Shown here: positions 11,393 through 23,379 of the stretch, piece after piece
Position numbering within the stretch: the stretch's first letter is position 1
How the letters are laid out: every line of letters begins with the position of its first letter
Source of the DNA: Moniliella sp. 'wahieum'
Taxonomy: Eukaryota
NCBI GenBank assembly: GCA_003971905.1
Contig: RSEE01000070.1
Location: 186,001-250,000, forward strand
DNA: 64,000 bases
Reading direction: 5' to 3'
Translations under genes and position numbers: made by a program
The notes under the pieces: generated by a model
Seen by the model: the letters and a program-made list of their open reading frames with translations, nothing else
What the model was told of the DNA's origin: nothing
The model's database searches: none

Positions 11393-13129
11393 TTATAGCA
11401 GTCCCCGTTGTGTAGCCGCCTGGACCAAAGACAAAACCCGGGCATACCGCGCATCGAGCTGAGCCAACGCCGGGTCAAACGCGACTCGGTCCCGACCCAC
11501 GATAGACCGATGACACAGTTCCACACTCGCTCCTACCTTTCCCTGGCCCGGCGCAGCCCAAGGAACGCACGGGCCGCGATCCCATCCCATACCCACCTGC
11601 CATCTAGTTTCCGGGGTGCAGCGGCCAGAGGGTCAAGTGGCCTAGGTGCACCACATCCCCGGCTGGAGACGTTGGGCACGGGGGCTACTGTGCGGGGACA
11701 ATGGGGCGCGTAGCTGAGCACTCTCCCGCCTTACCATCTGCACCAGCTGGTGCCGTATCCAACAACCCCATGGTAAACTCGCTGCTGTGGGCGCACTACC
11801 ACCGTCCCTACGACTCGGTCTGGCATGGCCCGAACGGTGGCCCGAGTGCCCGTCTTCTCTCGTCTCGTGCTCGAGTAGCAGCGGGACGCAGGCGCGGTCC
11901 ACCCTTGCGTGGGAGAGACAGAGCGGGTGGGACGGGCAGGAACGGGCAGAAGGGCCAGGGCTAGGGTAGGAAAATGCGAGATCGCTTGAATCTACCTCTT
12001 GGCCGCCCAGTCGCGCGCAAGGGTTCCATGTAACTCCACAGTGAGCAAAGGGCCGGTCGGGTCGACGAGGACCAACTGTGCCATCTCTTCGCTCGTGCTT
12101 TGTGCGCCAATCCCACTCGTCTTCCACGCCCGGAATGGGGTTGGCTTGCAGCGGTTCAACGTGGTGCACAAGACCAAGCAGATCAAATGTCGGGGGCAAC
12201 GCGCCGGGCGCATCGGCGCCCAGGCCCCCAAACGCGCTTGGGACCCGCGCGCCATTGCGGTACGAGCGAGCGGGGAACAAGTGTACCGCCTTCCGAACCA
12301 CCTCGGACACAGTGAGCAGGGTGGGTACAATGCGGAACCGGAGTGGTTGGGAGGGAAGGTGCAACGCAGAAACACCTGATTCGGTTCCGGTCGCATTGGG
12401 CGCCGAAGCAAACGCCGTAAGGTCGGGCCCGGTACGATCCGATCGTGGGTGGGTAGCCTTCTTCGGTGGCGGAACAGTCAGAGATCCAGCTACGTCGCTC
12501 ACACCGGGCCCCCAATTGAACCATGCCCATCTTCGTGCCGTGTCCGTACTGGAGGGGATTCGGCGGCCAAGATGGAAAGTTCGGGGGTGGAAGGAGTGTC
12601 GGGGGCCAAGAGAGGGTCATGACCCGGGCGGGCGAAGCGAGATGTGCGATGAGTATCGAGGGACGCCTCGAAAGGATCGACTGTACTCTGCCCATCCGAA
12701 TCCCCATTTAGGTGGTTCCCTATATCACCAGGGAGGGGCCGGGGCGGAGCCTGATGCCTCTGTTCCAAGGCTGGGCCTAATGGCCCAGACGAAGAAGTAG
12801 GAACGATGGGGACGCGGGGGGCCGGGAGGGTGCTCTGCGATGATCCGCCCAGCCGAGGCGTGGGGCCAGTATATGTGGCGAAGTGGGGGCGGGGACGACA
12901 GGGGGGTCGGGGATGCGAGGATCCGGCGCCTCTTCCTCGCGTCCCCTCGGGTCGGGAGGGCCTGCGGTACGGATGGGTGCAGAGGCAGAAGAGCGTCGGT
13001 CCAGGCCCAGTCGGTGGCAGTTGCGGCTGCGGCCAGATCAGCGCGGACTCGGCGCGGGGAAGGCAGCAGCAGAAACACAATGTAGCGCCCATTGCTGTCC
13101 AAGGCAGGTGGGGGTGGGTCGGGGGCCAT
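11393..13129 (-). CDS. Putative OB-fold protein resembling shieldin subunit 2 (SHLD2/FAM35A)
   Basis: N-terminal RYIVFLLLPSP strand, long disordered linker, then FDLLGLVHHVEP...AQLVLVDPTGPLLTVELHGTLARDWA (OB-like beta pattern) and C-terminal VELCHRSIV...RVLSLVQAATQRGLL-stop. Stitched across frameshifts; assignment from recalled motif resemblance only. Confidence 0.5.
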
Positions 13130-13581
13130 GCCGGGAGAGAGATGGAGGGCAGCGAGCCCAAGCCAGCAGCCGTGGTGAGTGAGTGTTAAAGTGGCTGGGG
13201 AGGTGCAGGGTCGGTTAGGCACATCACGTGACCACTCGGGCGCCCCATGTCGTTCGGCTCCTTGAAGCTTGATCGTTCTCCTCGGCTGTAACTGGGCAGG
13301 CGGACGGACGACGGGCTAGAGCAGGCAGGGTGGGATGGTGGATGGTCGATGCATATGGATTGTGGTCCTGCTAGGATCAAGAGCAGGTGGTGTACAAAGG
13401 GCAAGAATACTAGCGAGGCAGAAGGTGCAGCCGTGCGAATGCCTCTGCGATCCAGAAGGGGCGACCGACCGCTGGGTCTCCGCTTCGGCGCTGGGCTGGG
13501 CGGGCAGTCCGCTTCGATCCGTGTACAGGCACAACAAACTGGCCCTCTGCACACAGAGGGCCAGACGAGAAAAGGAGGGGA

Positions 13582-15965
13582 TCAAAGCGACCAGATCTTC
13601 ACCTGGTGGTCACGCCCGCCCGACGCAGCATACGAGTCCATGTAGCGCACTTTCTCCACTGGCGCTGTATGGCCATTGAGCGTCAAGGAGCTCGTCTCCA
13701 TCGACACGCGGTTGAACACCTTCACCCCATTCTCCCCCGTTGCGCCCACAATCTTGCGCGTGTCAAATTGGAGCGACGAGACCGGGTAATCGAACCGGAT
13801 CGTCTCGCACACCGAACCCGTACGCAAGTCCCAGATCTTGATGGTGCTGTCCAGACTCCCCGAGACGACATGCGTCTCGTCAAACTGCAGCGTTGTGACG
13901 GGAGCAGAATGGCCGAGCAGGGTGCGGTGCGCCTGGCCCGTGCGCATGTCCCACATCCGGACCGCCCCATCTGCCGAGCCCGACGCCAGAGCGTACCCCC
14001 AGAACTGAACTGCACCCACAAAGTCTTGATACATGTCCCAGCTTCCGTCTGCCAGAGGAGGAGAAGGGTAGGAAAAGTTGCCAGTAAGCGCTTGCAAGTT
14101 GAGGGTGGGAGGTAATGTTGGGCCTGCGCTTGTTAAGGGATCGGTAGCCATCCGTTTGTTCCCGCCCAAAGCTTGCATCGAGCCGGGATTGTTGATCGCC
14201 CATAGAATGTCCATGGTCAGAACACACTGTCCCGTGTTCAGGTCCCACTGCCGCAGCGTCTTGTCGGACGCACCCGACACGAGACAGGTATCGTCCAGAT
14301 AAAGCGCGGTCACCGCCTTGCTATGGCCCTCCAGCCTTAAGACAAGGGTCCGTTCGCTCCTCACCATCTTCAACTGGGGTTGGGGCGATGGAGGAGGTAT
14401 CCGGCTGTTCGTCCAGTGCATCTCGCTCTCGCCCTGGCTCCATACTCCCATTTCGCTGGAGCTGCAACCAGATCTCGTGGTCCTCCACTCGCCTCAGATC
14501 CCATAAACGGAGTGGCGTCATTGCCACCCGTAATGCACAACTCATCCTCCACCTGAAGGCACTTGACCGACCCTACCATTAGCCAAACAAGTTAGTCTCC
14601 TGCACTTACCACGCATCGAGCTGGATACGCACCACTGTGACCACGCAGCCGGCCCACTTCGTCGCCCGAGTCAAGTCCCATACCCGCACGGTATCGTCAG
14701 CTGCCGCCGACACCAACGTGCCATACGGCTCGGAAAAGTCCAGCAGCGACGTAACAGGCGCCGTGTGGCCCGAGAGGGTCATAAATGCAACTCCACGAGG
14801 CAGATCGTCATGCTCCGAGGGGAGGAACAGGGGTGCATGACTGCGTTTATTGGGCCGCATCGACGCAGGCCGTACTCCTTCTGAGGATCCCAACAACCCA
14901 CCGCCGGGCATTGAGGTATGGTAGCGTTGCAGTGCCAACGCGTCCGATACAGCCCTCTGTTCCTCATTCAGTTCGAGTTCATCTTCTTGCAAGCGCAACA
15001 GGCCTCGCTGTAAGTTCTTCTTGATCTGTTCCAGCTCATGAATTTTGGCGGTAACTGCGTCCATGTCGTCGGTGACGAGTCTCTGTCAGGTAGCACAGAA
15101 GCGGTTAGTTGATCGCCCGGTGTCCCAGCAACCAACCAACAAAAGCAAGTTACACGTACCCTCCGCACCCCGAGATTCTCCTTGTCTAGCGCAATTTCGT
15201 CCAGTTGAGCTTGGAGCTCATCGACGCCAAGAGGGACGTTGCGCTGGCGCGTGTTGGCCCTGCGCACTTTGCGCTCGTCCTTGGCGATCAGGGTTTCCAA
15301 CGAACCGCTCGCTGGGTGGTCGGTCAAAAGCCCCCGGGCCGTGTTGCCAGCCTCGAGCAACCCCAAATGCGGGGCATCGCGCCCACGCGCTTTCCGCCGG
15401 CGACTGCGACCATCCAGGGCCGAGGGCACGGTGGCCTGGAAGCCACGCAACAGAGACACGTCGGCCGCGACACCGGCCGGTTCTTGGTCCAGATCGTCCC
15501 CCAAGGTGAGAGAGAGGAGGATCTGGTTGCTGGTCTCGGCCAAGCGGAGGTCAGAAGACGTGATGGGCCCGTTCTTGACCATCTGGCGGAAGCGGAGGAA
15601 GGCACGGCCGGGGTTGGCGATACGAAGCCCGGCACTGGGGCGGCCCAGGATCATGGCCATGGTAGGATCAACGGCGGAACGGGCAGTGGCGATGGAGGCG
15701 CTGGCGCTAGCAGCAGCTGGAGGGTGCGCGGATGCATAATATGAGGAGCCAGGTCGGCCAGCAGCCGATTCGTCTCGGCCTGCTGGCCCTCGCGCAGCGC
15801 CGAGTCGGACTGGGTAGCGGCCGTGGCAAAGGGAGAGAGGTAGGCGGCGGCCTCGCTGAGGCGGGGCTTGATGCTGAGCGAGAGATCGGCAGAGGAGGAG
15901 GGGCGTGGAGGACGATGGCCGCGGGGCTCGGCGTGCCCGCCGCGGGCGGGTTGGGGAGCAGGCAT
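13582..15965 (-). CDS. MDV1: Mitochondrial division WD40 adaptor Mdv1/Caf4
   Basis: Coiled coil (KIHELEQIKKNLQRGLLRLQEDELEL), PLFLPSEHDDLPRGVAFMTLSGHTAPVT, DFSEPYGTLVSA, FVGAVQFWGYALASGSADGAVRMWDMRTGQAHRTL. Introns near 15083-15159 and ~14580-14630. Confidence 0.9.
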
Positions 15966-16465
15966 GCGGTGGCGGCGGCTGGCGACCAGGCAGGGCGATG
16001 TTGATGTTGATGAGCGCCAGATTGTTCTTTTGCTGTGGGCAGCACCGGCCGCAGCCAACCAGGCGAGCCGACGGCGCATGAGCGATCACCCACCATCCAA
16101 CACACTCACACCGGCTGACCGGCCCGCTGACCTCAGCCGTTTTGCTGATTTCAAATCGACGCGTGGCTTACCTAAGGTGCCCTGACGCGCTGCGACAGCC
16201 CAAGACAGGCCAAGACAGGCCAAGGCTGGCACGTGACGCGCGGGGACCGCACAGATGCCGCGCCAGCGGCCGACGCTCGGAGCAAAGCGGCGCCCCGCAC
16301 TGCAGCACTCTGCCTCGGCACCAACAACACCAACACCGGCCGTCGAACCAGCCGCCGATCCAGCATCTCAGACCAAACCCCCTCCATTGTTCCACCGCCC
16401 ACGCCCCCTCGGCCCGCCTTCTCCGGCACCTGCTTCACCACTACCATCGTCCCTCCCCCTCCTCC

Positions 16466-18620
16466 ATGGCCCACCCACCGTCGCCCACCAAGCGTGGCCC
16501 CACCCTCGACCAGCTCGCCCACCGCTTCCACCCCCCCGGCCGCGCCCCTGCCCGCCTCGCCCGACCGCCCAAAGCGACGCCTCGAGCTCGCCGGTCGTCT
16601 CGCGCCCGACGCAGCCCATCCATCGTCCGCCACTGCCCCATCTGCTCCCCTCTCGCCCACACGTGCTTTCCCCCCCACCTCAACAGCTCCGCCCCGCCGA
16701 CGGGCTTGACGGCAGCCAGCCGTCCATTGCCTCTCGCCGCGTAGGCAACTCCTTGGCCCTGGATCTGGCGGACCACAACGTACCCCCGAGGCACAATCTC
16801 CTGCCTCTTCTACATCCCCGCTTCCCCCCGGCCTTCTTCGCCCGTCAAGCCCACCAAGACGAACGAGGGTGAGGTTGGCCCGGATGGATCGGTCTCGCAT
16901 CCTCTTACGGAACCTTGGTATTTTTTTTTCCTTTTTCTTGTTTCCCTTTTGGTTTGGTAGATGAGGCTTTGGTCCCAGTGGGCAAGTGTCCCACGGCTGG
17001 CGAGCAGTTCTGTTTGCCTCAGAGTAGGCTTAACCCCATCTCCCCACTTTCTGTTGAGAGACGGCAATCATATCCGACTGCGCGCACACTCTCCATGCCG
17101 TGCAGTGCGGTGAATGCTAATGTCCACGTTTTGGGTTTCTTCTTTCGTCTAAATACTGATTTCCCTTGTTTTGTTGCTTTTTCTTCTTTCTGTTACATGT
17201 TGGGTGACTGGGCTGGACTCTCGTTTTCTTGTGCTGCCTCAACCCTCCCCCTCCCCCTCGCTTCGTTTGGGCTACGTGTACGCGATGATGTGAACCACGC
17301 CTCTTGCCGTTGTTTTTTCTCTGCTCTACTCTGTTGCCGACTTTGCAGGACGTTGTACTTTGATTCAACTGGATGGAACCCTTCGCAAGCGGCGCCTGCC
17401 CCCTCTGCCACAGCCGTCGGCCTAACAAGTCCTCGTCTGCCCTACCCGGACGTGACCAGCGCACCGCGTTCGGCCTCGGCCTCGACCGCCGATGCCTCCG
17501 AGGGGCAGGAAGCACGCAGCGCCAAAGGCCAAGGACACTGGGCTGCGTCCCTCAAGAACCTAGGCACGTTCGACACGGTCGAAAGTTTTATGGCTACATT
17601 CAAATCGCTCCGTCGACCATCTACGTTGGGCAACGCGGATACCTCGGGCCAGACCAACTCCAGCTCCAGTTCCAGTTCCAGTTCTAGCGGAAGCTCCTTC
17701 TCCTACCACCTGTTTAAGCGCGGTGTCACGCCGGCATGGGAGGACCGGGCCAACGCGCAAGGTGGTCGATGGACCGTTACTTTGCCCGTATCCAATCCGG
17801 CGCTGCTGGATCGGTCCTGGACCTGGCTCGTGCTCGCTTTGATTGGGGAACAGTTGGCGCCGGAAACTGTGACGGAAGACGAGGATGATATGGACTTGGT
17901 AACCGGTGCCGTCGTCACTGTTCGTCCGGGTCTGCACCGCCTCGCGCTCGGGTTCGAAGGTACGACGCAGCGTCGGTTGGTGCGCTGAACCGGTTGGCGC
18001 ATAAAGCGGTGGAGGCAATGGACCTTGCTTCGGTCCCCGGCGTGCGCGTACAATTCACCCCCCACACCAAGCGGGCTTCGTGGGCAACGGACAAGGCGGC
18101 TTTTGGTCCTTGGTCACGGCCACGCCTGAGGATGCCACGATCGTACGGCTGGCTCGTGGCGGTCGGGACACAAGTAAATTCTCTGAGCGTAGTAGTCGTG
18201 CCGACGGAAACCTTCCCCCCCAAGCGGGCTCCGATGGACATTGATGCCCCTGCCTACCTGGTTACCTGCCCTGCCATACCTTCCCTGAAACGTCGATCCG
18301 ACTTGCGAGGACCGAACCGTTCATCTCCATCCATGCCAAGGGGGCTGCGTGCCAATCTAATCAAGCCGACGCGCTGTACGTCCAGGCTCAATGGCCTCGG
18401 CTCTTACCCCATGCATTCCTACTATTTCTCTCGGTTTCACAACGGACACTCATCTCTCTCTTTCTCTTGCTCTTGGCCCCTCTCTACCTATCTTGTTTCT
18501 TGTCGTTGGCTGGTCCGTGATGCACCTAATAGCACATCTATTTGTCTGCACATCCTCCGCAGTCTTGCCTTCGACTTTCGATCCAAGATGTCGACCACCG
18601 TAGCTATAATCATGCTCTGA
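16466..18620 (+). CDS. eIF4E-family cap-binding protein (non-canonical paralog)
   Basis: HPLTEPW|TLYFDS across intron 16918-17348, FDTVESF, YHLFKRGVTPAWEDRANAQGGRW, LDRSWTWLVLALIGEQL, VTGAVVTVR. C-terminal end uncertain because of frameshifts. Confidence 0.88.
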
Positions 18621-18692
18621 TGCAGTCGATCCTCCAGTCCCACTATACCACCTTACCGGTCTTACCCGTTCCGACCCTCCCACGGCATGCAG

Positions 18693-18770
18693 GCATGAAC
18701 AGCATGAACAGCATGAACAATGACAGCATGAACAGCATGAACAGATGACCAGCATCAACAGCATCAACAG
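18693..18770. repeat. Degenerate nonamer tandem repeat (CAGCATGAA/CAGCATCAA)
   Basis: GCATGAACAGCATGAACAGCATGAACAATGACAGCATGAACAGCATGAACAGATGACCAGCATCAACAGCATCAACAG. Confidence 0.85.
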
Positions 18771-18997
18771 TAACGGACCTAGCTGAATTCTTCCCTATCG
18801 TTATCCTGCTCAGGTTCGTGAGAACCAACTCCCCCACGTATGCTACAGTCCCCCGGACCCACTATGGACCGCAGGACGCGTCGCAAGGGACAGTGTGCAT
18901 TGTCATGCCAAGAGTGTGGCGCGGATGCTACTAATTGAATGAGCATGCGGATGGGAGAGGATGGGGTACAATTGCACAGTCGCGTGGCTTCGTCTGT

Positions 18998-21900
18998 TTA
19001 GCTAGCCGGTAAGCGGTCGGGTGCCGAGGGCGAAGGAGACGAAGGGGACGGTGGTGCGTCAGAGGGAGGGAGGGGCGATGAGGGTGACGGTGAAGTCGAC
19101 GGTGAGGTCGACGGCGATGGCGATGGCGATGGTGACAGGGACGCAGTGGAAGCACGTTGCTCTGCCAACTTGTCAGCCTCGGCGGACCAAGGGCCGGGGC
19201 CAAAGGCCACCTGAAGCGCGGCGAACACATCGTGGACATAATGGATCTGCATAGCGTCTCGAATTGGTTTCGCCACGTCCGTTTCCACTTGCGGCTGCAC
19301 TGCCGCAGGCAAAATCAGTTGTTTCATCCCGTTGCGATGGGCTGCAATCAGTTTCTCCTTCAGCCCACCTACGGGCAACACCATTCCGCGCAACGACGCT
19401 TCGCCCGTCATGGCCAACGTGTGGGGCACAGGTTTGTTCAGCACCAGCGATACCAAGCATGTGATGAGCGCCACTCCGGCCGACGGACCGTCCTTGGGCG
19501 TTTGGCCATCGGGCATGTGCAAGTGTAAGTCCTTCTTGTCCATCCACCCCTTTTCCACACCCAGCAAACTCGCATTCGACTTGACCCAGCTCAGGGCGAG
19601 CTGCGCCGACTCTTGGATCACCTGCCCCAAGTGGCCCGTTAAGCGTACCTGGCCCGTACCGGGCAACAGTGTGGCCTCAATGGGCGTGAGCGTACCAGCT
19701 CCCGTGTTGGTAAATGCCAGTCCGTTCGATACCCCGGACGGCATGACCGCCGGGAAGAGCCGGTCGGTGTTGGGGTACGGCGGGCCCAAAAAGTCGTGCA
19801 CGTCCTCCTCGCTGATCACCAACTTGAAATCCTTGGGCAAGTGGAGCCGTTCAATCAAGGGTTTGGTTACCTTGTCTTCTTTCGCCTTGAGCACCGCCTC
19901 GCCCGCTTGGATTTCCGCCTGTTGGGAAGACCCGGTGGCCTTGGCGGCGTCCTCGGCGGCGTCTTGGACCAATTTGTGTTCCGCTGCTTCCTGCTCGGGC
20001 GGTTCCGGCTGGATTTCGTCTACCACATCGCCGTACTGGGTCACCAAACGGAACGCGATCTTGCGGTACACCTTATTGAGCGTCTTTTGCAGCCCACGAA
20101 CGCCCGACTCGCGAATGTAGCCTTGGAGCAGATGCGTAATGACCGAATCGGGCATGGAGATGTCGCCTCCCGTCAACCCATTCTCTTCCATCGCATTGGG
20201 GATCAGGTACCCTTGGCGATCTGGAACTGCTCGGCCGGGGTGTAGGAGGTGACTTCAATCGCTTCCATCCGGTCCCACAGCGGCCGCGGGATGCGTGAAG
20301 GGTCGTTGGCCGTGCAGACAAACAAGACACGCGACAAATCAATCGGTACATCCAGGTACAAATCCAAAAAGTTATGGTTCTGTTCCGGGTCCAGCATCTC
20401 GAGCAGCGCGGCCGCTGGGTCTCCGCCGTGCGCGCGACCTTCGCCAACCTTGTCCACCTCGTCCAGCAGAATCACAGGGTTCTCCGACTGAGTTGCCTTG
20501 AGCGCCTGCACCGCCTTGCCCGGCATGGCCGCCACGTACGTGCGGCGGTGGCCCTTGATCTCAGCATAGTCCCCCAGACCACCCAAGGAGAAGCGGAAGA
20601 ACTTGCGATCGGTCGCACGCGCAATCGATTTGCCAATCGACGTTTTGCCCACGCCTGGCGGACCATGGAGACAGATGATTTTGCCTTGGATGGAGCCCTT
20701 GAGTTGGCCTACGGCCAAGAACTCGAGGATGCGGTCCTTGACATCTTTCAAACCAAAGTGATCCTTGTCCAAGACCGCCTTGGCATTCTTGGTAGACAAG
20801 CGCTCTTTGGTTGTGATCCCCCAGGGAAGAGAGGTGAGCCACTCGAGGTAGTTGCGCGTGACGTTTTGGTCGTAGCTTTGGGACTCGGGGGAACGGAACT
20901 TGCTCAGTTCTTCGTCGAATACCTTGCGTACCTCGTCGGGCATGGCCAGTGTATCCGCCTTGGCTTGGAACTTGGCAGCCACCGTTTCACGTTCGGCTTC
21001 GGAACCCAGCTCCTTCTTGATCTGTTTCATCTGCTCTTGCAGGACAAACTCCTTGTTACGCTGTTGGGTCTTTTGGTCCGTCTCGCGCATAAACCGGATC
21101 TGCATCTCAAGGTTCAGCAAGTCTTTCTGTGCTGTCGACAGCGCCAAGTCCAACCGTTCTTCAATCGTTCGCGCTTCAAGCAAATGCTGCAGCTCATGGC
21201 CCGACTCGATCCCGCTGATCGCAGCAACAAAGTCGGACAATTGTTCGGGGTTGGCCAACATCTTGGCGACACACGGCTCTTGTAGATGGCCAAGTTGGAC
21301 TCGGTGGGCGAACGGGCAGTCAAGGTCCAGAACGAATTGAGCGTCGAGATGATCTCGTTCATCTTGGTCTTGAGCGGCGTCGTCAACTCGTACGGCTCAA
21401 CAGGGTAGTTGTGCACCTGCACCATTGACACTTGCAAATCATGCAGCACTTCCGCTTGAGCGGACTCGGCCTGGCGAGGATGCACCCCTTCCACCGCCGT
21501 TTCCGTCTCGCGCTCAACGGACGAAGTCACCTCGGCAGGCTCGGGCGCTTGCGCAGCCTCGCGTTCCGTTAGCTCGGCAGGCGTGATCTTCTTGCCCTCC
21601 ACCTCTGGCTCATCGACCACCCTAGACCCGGATCCCTCAGCCTTGGCACCCGTGGGGGCCGAATCAGCCGACGCAGGCTCAACAGGGGCCGTCGGCGTGG
21701 GAGCCTTGGGTGCCACCTCACCGTGTTGGGCTGAAACACATCCTCAATCGAGATCCTGCGCACAGGCACAAGCAAGACGGAGAGACGGTCGCCCTCGGAG
21801 CTCGCAGGACCATCGGTCCCTCCCTCGGGGCCAACGGGCGGGAACGCCAGGTAGAAACAATCCGACAAAACACACCCACTTGGTGCACCTGTTCGGCCGA

Positions 21901-22870
21901 AGTGAGAATCGGCATCTTCGTGCCCGTCTTTGAGGAGGAACGCGCCTACCCACGGCTCACCAGCCTGGATCACCTTGTCAATCGCCGCCATCGCCTTGGG
22001 GTCCGTCACCACCACCACCTTGCGGTGGTCCGGGAAGAGCGGCCGGCCGGCAATCGGAAGCGCGAGTACTTGGGGGTAGGTTTCAGGGGGCGGAGGAGGA
22101 CCAGAGGGAGGAGGTGGCGGCGCGTCCCCGTCCGAGTTGCCGTTGGTGCCCGAGGCGGAATCCGGTCCGGCCGCCGCCCCGTTCGCGGCCGCCGCGGACG
22201 AGTCTGGAGCCGTCTCGACGGCCTTGCTGGACGGGCGGCGACGGGAGGTAGGGGAGGGAGCGTTGGGTGCCTCGGGGGTAGATGCCGGTTTCTTCTTGCG
22301 CGTGCGGCGGGGCTTGTCGCTGGGCTCTGAGGGAGCGGCAGGCTCGTCGGGAGCGGTAGAGATGGGCTGGAAGGGCGAGGGGGGGTTGTGGCGCACAACG
22401 ACGATGCGGGTCTGGCCGTTAGGACCGCCAATGGTCACTGATTGCTGGCCCTCGTCCAGGTCAAAGTCGGCATCATCAATGTCCAAGTCAATTTCGATGG
22501 GGTGGTCGCGGTCGTTGGCATTGGCGTTGGCATCGGCAGCGGCAGCGGCATGGGTGCGGGCCGAGCGGCGGGGCCGGTGGCGGTCGAGCCGGACACCGTC
22601 CTGGTCGTCGTCCTGGTCGGCGGCGGGCGTGCTTGTCGGAGTGCTGGCCGTCGCGCGAGGCGGGTCGGCGCTTCCTGCGCGGAGGGGGGGGGCGGCGCGG
22701 AGGTGGCGAGCAGGCGGCGGGCGACGGCAACGGACGCGGGGCGTGGCGAGCGGAGGGCGCGGGGCAGCGAGCGGGGCAGCGAGCGGACAGCGGAGCACCG
22801 GCAGCCGCACCGCCGCAGCACCCATTGCGCCCACAGCCGAGCGCACTCCAGACGCTCGCGTGGGGAGCAT
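18998..22870 (-). CDS. PIM1: Mitochondrial Lon protease
   Basis: Arg/Ala-rich presequence, YPQVLALPIAGRPLFP, TRNYLEWLTSLPWG, DHFGLKDVKDRILEFLAV, Walker A GPPGVGKTS, ILLDEVDK, catalytic PKDGPSAG and VLPVGGLKEK. Confidence 0.97.
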
Positions 22871-23117
22871 CGCAGTCGAGATGGCGTTCGCTTGTAGCAG
22901 ATGGACCTACCGCTTCCAGCTGCTTAGCGGACTTTACATTCGTCATCGGCCATTGGCATCCTCTTCTCGCCGCCACTCTTCCGCTCCCCCGCTGAGGTAA
23001 GCCCAGCCATCACGTGCACGCCCTGCCTTCTGTATCTGTGCGCTGCAGCTCCACTCGATTCAGTTTTCTAGATTAAATCACCTTGAGTAGTGCAGTCCGT
23101 GCATCTCCCCCCCCCGC

Positions 23118-23379
23118 CTACCCCCACTCACCGGCGGCAACAGCGCCGCCGTCTGCCCCGTGTGCAGCACCGTCGACCCCATTCCCTCGGGCTCCACCAG
23201 CTCCTCATCCACCGCCCAGCGCGACGACGCGAACCTGGACGAACGCCGGATCGGAGCGGTGACGATGCTCCACTTCCCGCGCCAACGTCGCGACCGAGTG
23301 CGGCGGCGGCACACGCATCTTCTTCCCCCTTGCCCAACGCAGTACGCGCCGCAGCAAAGTACAGCACCGAAACCACCAC
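23118..23379 (-). CDS. MoaD/MOCS2A-type ubiquitin-like sulfur-carrier domain (no own ATG; apparently the C-terminus of the Sec14 protein)
   Basis: Stitched across indels: VVVSVLYFAAARTALGKGEE..MRVPPPHSVATLAREVEHRHRSDPAFVQV.ASSRWAVDEELVEPEGMGSTVLHTGQTAALLPPVSGG. DNA AGT GGGGG TAG gives SGG-stop if one G of the homopolymer is restored. Confidence 0.85.

Noticed and set aside
13060..13092. MGATLCFCCC dual-acylation N-terminus
   Set aside because: Probably the wrong frame; the overlapping frame RYIVFLLLPSP fits the SHLD2-like model better.
18693..18770. Nonamer repeat as a CRISPR-like array or coding repeat
   Set aside because: No spacers and a eukaryotic context; a simple minisatellite between convergent genes.
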